Assembly: GCA_042408215.1 (NCBI GenBank)
Contig: JAYFMW010000015.1
Coordinates: 14,669 to 78,668 of the forward strand
DNA from: Microcoleus sp.
Lineage (GTDB): Bacteria > Cyanobacteriota > Cyanobacteriia > Cyanobacteriales > Microcoleaceae
Direction of reading: 5' to 3'
Length of the DNA: 64,000 bases
A program made the position numbers and the translations under genes. Under the pieces are notes generated by a model. The model had not been told where the DNA came from, searched no databases, and saw only the letters and a program-made list of their open reading frames with translations. Below are positions 60,072 through 64,000 of this stretch, one piece after another (positions within the stretch are counted from its first letter, which is position 1; every line of letters begins with the position of its first letter).

Positions 60072-63000
60072 GTGCCTTTAACAGACCCGATTGGAGAACC
60101 TTTAATAGAAAAACAGGAATCCTTAATTCCCGGACTTGCCCCGACAAAGCCCCCTCTGCTGCCGGGAATTCAAACCTCAAAACCTTTATTATATCAAGCT
60201 TCGGCAGAATCATCCGAATCCGAACAACTTAACTTAAACTTAATAGAACCAGCAAGCGAACCCGCATCCGAATTCAGTCGAACAGAAACTGATGCTTTTA
60301 TTATTAATAAAGCCTCCGATCTGAACAGCATATCTTCTGCCAACACCAGCCCTCTGATAACTAACAGCACTCTCAGGGATACCACAAATTCTGAAGTTGA
60401 CCCCCTAATTGGTAAACTCGACTCCGACTTAGCAGACCCCCTAACCAACCCAAATCGAATTGCCTCAAATAACGATACTTCTGATTTTAATAAACCCGCT
60501 CTAAACGCACCTGCAATCGACTCCTCAATCAGCTACTCAGAATTCAATAAAACCACAGCAACTACAACCGCTGCGAGGGATGAATTACCTGCTGAAAACT
60601 CAACACAATTACCCGCAGCCGCAGTTGCCAAATCCGACCAAGAAAACAGCCCAAAATTACCGGATGTAACTGCCTACACAACGAGCGAAAAAGCTTCGGA
60701 CAAAACGCCATTACCCGCTACCGCTGAAACGACTTCAAAACCCGAAGAACACCAAACGCCCTTATCATCAGGGACTACACTCTTCTTCGAGTCATCACCA
60801 AACAAAATATCACCTGCAACTGCATCAACGTCTGACAATTCAGGAGCAAATACAACATCACCCGCAACTGCGTCAGCCGCTGAAAACCCTGAACTAGATC
60901 GAACATCACCCGTAACTACATCAACGACCGATCGATCAGAACCAGATCGAACATCACCCGTAACTACATCAACGACTGATAAATCAGAACCAGATCGAAC
61001 ATCACCTCCAACTGCATCAGCCGCTGAAAACTCAGAACCAGATCGAACATCACCTGCAACTGTATCAACGATTGACAAATCAGAACCAAATCAAACATCA
61101 CCTGCAACTGTATCAACGACTGATAAATCAGAATCCAACAAAACCTCAGTTGCGACTGCATCAACTCCTGACAAATCAGAACCCAACAAAACCTCACCTA
61201 CCGAAATCTCCACCACCAAAAACTTAGATACAGCCACTAATCTAGAACCCAATAAAACCTCAACCCCAGAACCAGATCGAACCTCAACTCCCCCAACCAA
61301 CATCAACTTTGACTCAAACGCATTCACTGTCGATGAAAAAGGAATAATCGGCATACAATTCACATCCGACGGCGGCTGGTATAGCGGACAACTAGCCATC
61401 GTCAGCCTACTCGGAATGGAAAAATTCGTTCCCGGTTCCCTTGCCTTCATCTTTGAAGCAGCAAGTCGAGCTTTAAGCAACTCGACAAAGGGCTACATCG
61501 CAATTTCTGACGATTTAGAAGGAGCATATTACACCGCTCCTAACTGCTCAGAAAACCTCAATTCCGGGCAATACCTCGGCACAAAAACATTTGCCATGAC
61601 GCCTGGGGACAAATTCTTCTTCATGCTAGTACCCAACGACACCGTACAACAAGTATACGACAACCCCGCAATCGGCGGCGACAAAAAACCCCTATTTTCA
61701 ATAGCTACAGACAATCCCAGCGACAGCTTCAGTATCGGTCAAATTGCCGACATTACAGGAGAAGGCAAACTCTTTGTCATGGAAGACATGGGGCTGATTC
61801 AAGGAAGCGATATCGATTACGATGATATCACATTCCGTGTCACGGGCGCTACATCCAAAATCGTTCCCCTCAGTCAATTAGTTGACCCCTTCTCAGCATC
61901 AATTCACTCCCAGTTAGTTCAAAAACTGAAGGGTGAATCGGATAAATCCGAGCCGAAGTTTACCGCAGAATCAACTGTTACCAATTCCGGCGATCGATCG
62001 CAGGGAGAAACACCATCGATAACTGCTGATAACGACCAACAAAAACCTCAGCCAACAGCAGCAACAGTTGCTAACTCAGACAGCCAAGAATCGCCACCAA
62101 CAGCAGCAACAGTTGCTAACTCAGACAGCCAAGAATCGCCACCAACAGCAGCAACAGTTGCTAACTCAGACAGCCAAGAATCGCCACCAACAGAAACATC
62201 AACATTTGGCAAATCCGATACTGAAGAATCGCAACCAACAGAAACATCAACATTTGGCAAATCTGATACTGAAGAAGCGCAACCAACAGCAACATCAACA
62301 GTTGGAAAATCAGACAGCCAAGAATCACCACCAACAGAAACATCAACAGTTGGCAAATCAGATAGTCAAGAATCGCAACAAATAGAACAAACAGCCTCTC
62401 CCCTAGAGACACCAAGTGTTAGCCCTAATGAATTAAATTCGGAAATAGAACGGCCAGTATCAGCAGAATCAATTGTCAGCGAGTCAGCAGATGCTGAATT
62501 AATTAAAACCGACACAACTGCAACTAATCGCATTCCTAAATTGCCGGCTGAAGCCGACTATGCTGTAAATAATGCTGCTTCCCCACCAACCGCTGAAACT
62601 CTGCTAATTCCCACTCCCATCGCGTCACAGCCTCCTGCAAAAACATCTGAGATTGCCGATAATTTTGGCGAAGAATTGCCAAGAGAAACCGATGACAATC
62701 TTTCTAATGCTGCGTCACAATTGCCGACAAAAATTTCTGAGGTTATTCCCGCAGAAAAGGCTGTTGGCACCCAGGAAAATGACCGAGATGTTACCGAAGC
62801 CGCAGCCGAATTTGAAACTGAACAATTTCCCACAACAACCGCTGAGATTATTGCTACAGAAAACGTTGCCGATTTAATTGAATATGACACCACCTTCCCT
62901 GAAATAACAGCCGAATTTGAAACCAAACAATTGGTGACAAAAACCGAGTCAATTGTTGCCACACCCGAAGCGGATGATACGGTTGAACGCGAACTCCCTG

Positions 63001-64000
63001 TTGCTGAAATAACAGACGAATTTGCCAGCCAACAATTGCTACCAAAAACAGACGATTTCGCTCTTGCAGAATTCACTGCGGATACAATTGCTACGGACAT
63101 CGCTGTCACCTTCACAGCAGCAGAATTAGAGACTGAAAACTCCCCGGCAATTGTCGTTAATTCTCTCGAACCCGACCCGCTAATTTCCAACTCAAACTCT
63201 AGCGTACAAACCGATTTTTCTATACAGACACTTTTCTCAACTCCATCAGAAACAGCAGCAGGTACGGCACTGATAGCCTCAGTCGAAACCAGCGTTTCAC
63301 CCTCAACTCTTAAATCCCCACCCTCACCAAATTCAAACACTTATAATAGCAATTCAACTCCCACAGAAACTACCGTCGCCCAGCCCACATATTCTGCTAC
63401 CGAAATTGCGCCAAAACCCGCAGATGTATCGAGCGGTTGGCAGCCGTTAGAGGTAGAAGAACCTGCTCAATTTTCGGACGATATTGCAAACAGTCAATCT
63501 TATTCAACACAGGGTGCAGGCAACTTCCAAAGCAATATCAATCCCCCAAGAAATTTATCAATAACAACAACAGCCAATTTACCAATCCCCGGTACTTTCC
63601 TTGTAGATAACCAAGGAAAAGTCAGATTTGACTATGTATTTGACGGCGGCTCCTTTGAAGGCGAACTCGGAATTTTCAGCCTAGCCGGAATGGAAGCATT
63701 TACACCAGGAACTCCAGAATTCATTGCCGAAGCATTCCGTAGAGTTTTAAGCAATTCCACCGACGGACACATTGTAATTAGCGACTCTACAGAATCCGCA
63801 AAATTCACCGGTGCGATGCCCTTCGATGGGGACTGGGACAGCGGCGAATATCAGGGTATAAAAACTTTCAATATGACCCCAGGCGACACCTTTGCCGTCA
63901 TGTTAGTCCCCAATGCTACAGTACAGTCATCCCTCCAATCCTCATATTCGGGAAATTGGTTCCCCGAAAACCGCCCCTTATTCAGTATCTCCACAGCCAA
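60072..64000 (+). CDS. Giant surface/secreted protein, 5' part (DUF4114-type domains separated by S/T/P/E-rich repeat linkers); runs off the window
   Basis: AGGAG RBS at 60058, GTG at 60072; same frame at 61320 and 63960; two copies of FxVD..G...F..DGG...G.L.I.SL.GME.F.PG; EDMG...SDIDYDD; missing from the ORF track, consistent with no stop before the window end. Confidence 0.85.
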   Translation, partial: MPLTDPIGEPLIEKQESLIPGLAPTKPPLLPGIQTSKPLLYQASAESSESEQLNLNLIEPASEPASEFSRTETDAFIINKASDLNSISSANTSPLITNSTLRDTTNSEVDPLIGKLDSDLADPLTNPNRIASNNDTSDFNKPALNAPAIDSSISYSEFNKTTATTTAARDELPAENSTQLPAAAVAKSDQENSPKLPDVTAYTTSEKASDKTPLPATAETTSKPEEHQTPLSSGTTLFFESSPNKISPATASTSDNSGANTTSPATASAAENPELDRTSPVTTSTTDRSEPDRTSPVTTSTTDKSEPDRTSPPTASAAENSEPDRTSPATVSTIDKSEPNQTSPATVSTTDKSESNKTSVATASTPDKSEPNKTSPTEISTTKNLDTATNLEPNKTSTPEPDRTSTPPTNINFDSNAFTVDEKGIIGIQFTSDGGWYSGQLAIVSLLGMEKFVPGSLAFIFEAASRALSNSTKGYIAISDDLEGAYYTAPNCSENLNSGQYLGTKTFAMTPGDKFFFMLVPNDTVQQVYDNPAIGGDKKPLFSIATDNPSDSFSIGQIADITGEGKLFVMEDMGLIQGSDIDYDDITFRVTGATSKIVPLSQLVDPFSASIHSQLVQKLKGESDKSEPKFTAESTVTNSGDRSQGETPSITADNDQQKPQPTAATVANSDSQESPPTAATVANSDSQESPPTAATVANSDSQESPPTETSTFGKSDTEESQPTETSTFGKSDTEEAQPTATSTVGKSDSQESPPTETSTVGKSDSQESQQIEQTASPLETPSVSPNELNSEIERPVSAESIVSESADAELIKTDTTATNRIPKLPAEADYAVNNAASPPTAETLLIPTPIASQPPAKTSEIADNFGEELPRETDDNLSNAASQLPTKISEVIPAEKAVGTQENDRDVTEAAAEFETEQFPTTTAEIIATENVADLIEYDTTFPEITAEFETKQLVTKTESIVATPEADDTVERELPVAEITDEFASQQLLPKTDDFALAEFTADTIATDIAVTFTAAELETENSPAIVVNSLEPDPLISNSNSSVQTDFSIQTLFSTPSETAAGTALIASVETSVSPSTLKSPPSPNSNTYNSNSTPTETTVAQPTYSATEIAPKPADVSSGWQPLEVEEPAQFSDDIANSQSYSTQGAGNFQSNINPPRNLSITTTANLPIPGTFLVDNQGKVRFDYVFDGGSFEGELGIFSLAGMEAFTPGTPEFIAEAFRRVLSNSTDGHIVISDSTESAKFTGAMPFDGDWDSGEYQGIKTFNMTPGDTFAVMLVPNATVQSSLQSSYSGNWFPENRPLFSISTA

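Noticed and set aside
60194..63340. Minus-strand ORFs and the Q-rich ORF 62068..62385 in the track
   Set aside because: Antisense or off-frame shadows of the repeat-rich giant plus-strand ORF starting at 60072

Overview
A 64 kb mosaic of accessory DNA from a filamentous cyanobacterium (frequent HIP1 GCGATCGC sites; Microcoleus/Oscillatoriales-like gene types, by inference). Four blocks. (1) 0.3-14.1 kb, minus strand: an NRPS/PKS-free biosynthetic operon. It encodes an FAD amino-acid oxidase (one +1 frameshift), a ferritin-like protein, a LodA/LodB quinoprotein oxidase pair, two SyrB2-like Fe(II)/2-oxoglutarate enzymes with the halogenase H-x-A motif and an unusual N-terminal extension, a membrane di-iron desaturase/hydroxylase, an animal-AGAT-like amidinotransferase, a deleted third halogenase copy, a PLP fold-I enzyme and a GNAT. 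This is the best candidate for an undescribed system, hypothetically making a halogenated guanidino/cyclic-guanidine amino-acid metabolite. (2) 14.2-26.6 kb: AAA-WD40 and HTH-AAA signalling genes, an IolM-like dehydrogenase, a TerB-like gene, TnpB and an MFS exporter. (3) 26.9-39.5 kb, plus strand: a cluster of divergent sensing/envelope proteins, namely a secreted MIO-less ammonia-lyase homologue, a Cache-HAMP-pseudocyclase-globin fusion, MscS-cNMP, two PstS-like binders, an N-methyltransferase and a porin. (4) 39.8-64 kb: a decaying plasmid/ICE backbone (mobC, relaxase, Fic, dynamin operon, truncated parA with a 5x20 bp repeat array, dnaB, integrase), several IS remnants, and the 5' part of a giant DUF4114-type surface protein that runs off the window. 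All family assignments come from motif recognition by eye; no database search was run.
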